Origin: a virus
Taxonomy: Duplodnaviria > Caudoviricetes
IMG/VR virus record: IMGVR_UViG_2721755344_000002
Coordinates: 1-64,000 of that record
DNA: 64,000 nt
Reading direction: 5' to 3' (one strand)
A program made the position numbers and the translations under genes. A model generated the notes under the pieces. That model was not told the DNA's origin, searched no databases, and saw only the letters and a program-made list of their open reading frames with translations. This document shows, piece after piece, positions 63,713 to 64,000 of the stretch. How positions within the stretch are numbered: position 1 is the stretch's first letter; every line of letters begins with the position of its first letter.

Positions 63713-64000
63713 GCTACTCCTTTCTATTAATACAATTCTACCTAACCTGGCATCCCCATACAGGATAATGATAATAGGAATACGGATAGGAATACGGATA
63801 AGGTTGAACCACAACTGGAGGAGGAACTACTACCACCCCTCCGTGCCTATGATGCCGAGCACTTGTTTGGGTTGCTAAACTTGGCAAAATAATTAATGCT
63901 GCAAAAACCAACAGTATAATAATTTTCTTCATAACTTTCCTCCTTTTTTAGTTGTTTGTTTTCTGTCATCCACAATCTTAATTCCTCGCTCTTCTGCCAT

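Noticed and set aside
1-64000. Stop-codon reassignment (common in some large phages)
   Set aside because: Conserved genes are full length under the standard code, and TAA, TAG and TGA all end genes at sensible positions

Overview
This is a 64-kb segment of a large tailed-phage genome, AT-rich, with essentially all credible genes on the minus strand. An intein-containing terminase large subunit (59568..62138) lies about 54 kb from a Herelleviridae-like portal (3289..5106) and a MuF/gp7 head-morphogenesis gene (<1..654). A PxxKW-family protein points to a Desulfobacterota-type host. The interval holds three blocks. (i) About 6.7-31.6 kb: probable head-packaged polyvalent proteins (topoisomerase IB, zincins, LPD1, ART-like, kinase-like) that share a basic V-K-x-x-x-R-(x-R)-K-G-K leader, K-S/K-A junctions and a recurrent GEP[FY] motif. 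(ii) About 36.5-52 kb: a DNA-modification and anti-defence island with seven DNA methyltransferases. (iii) Many small ORFs, nine of which end in an RM[IL]R[LI]-type tail, plus one tRNA-Thr and several tRNA-like structures. The most striking element lies inside block (ii). A stand-alone RAMP/Cas7-like gene (41067..41609) has a perfect sigma70 promoter and is followed by three non-coding arrays of strictly phased GGT-NN pentamers (constant GGT, variable dinucleotide). This looks like a compact RNA-guided system with a non-contiguous guide code rather than a CRISPR array. All family assignments come from motif recognition by eye; no database searches were run.
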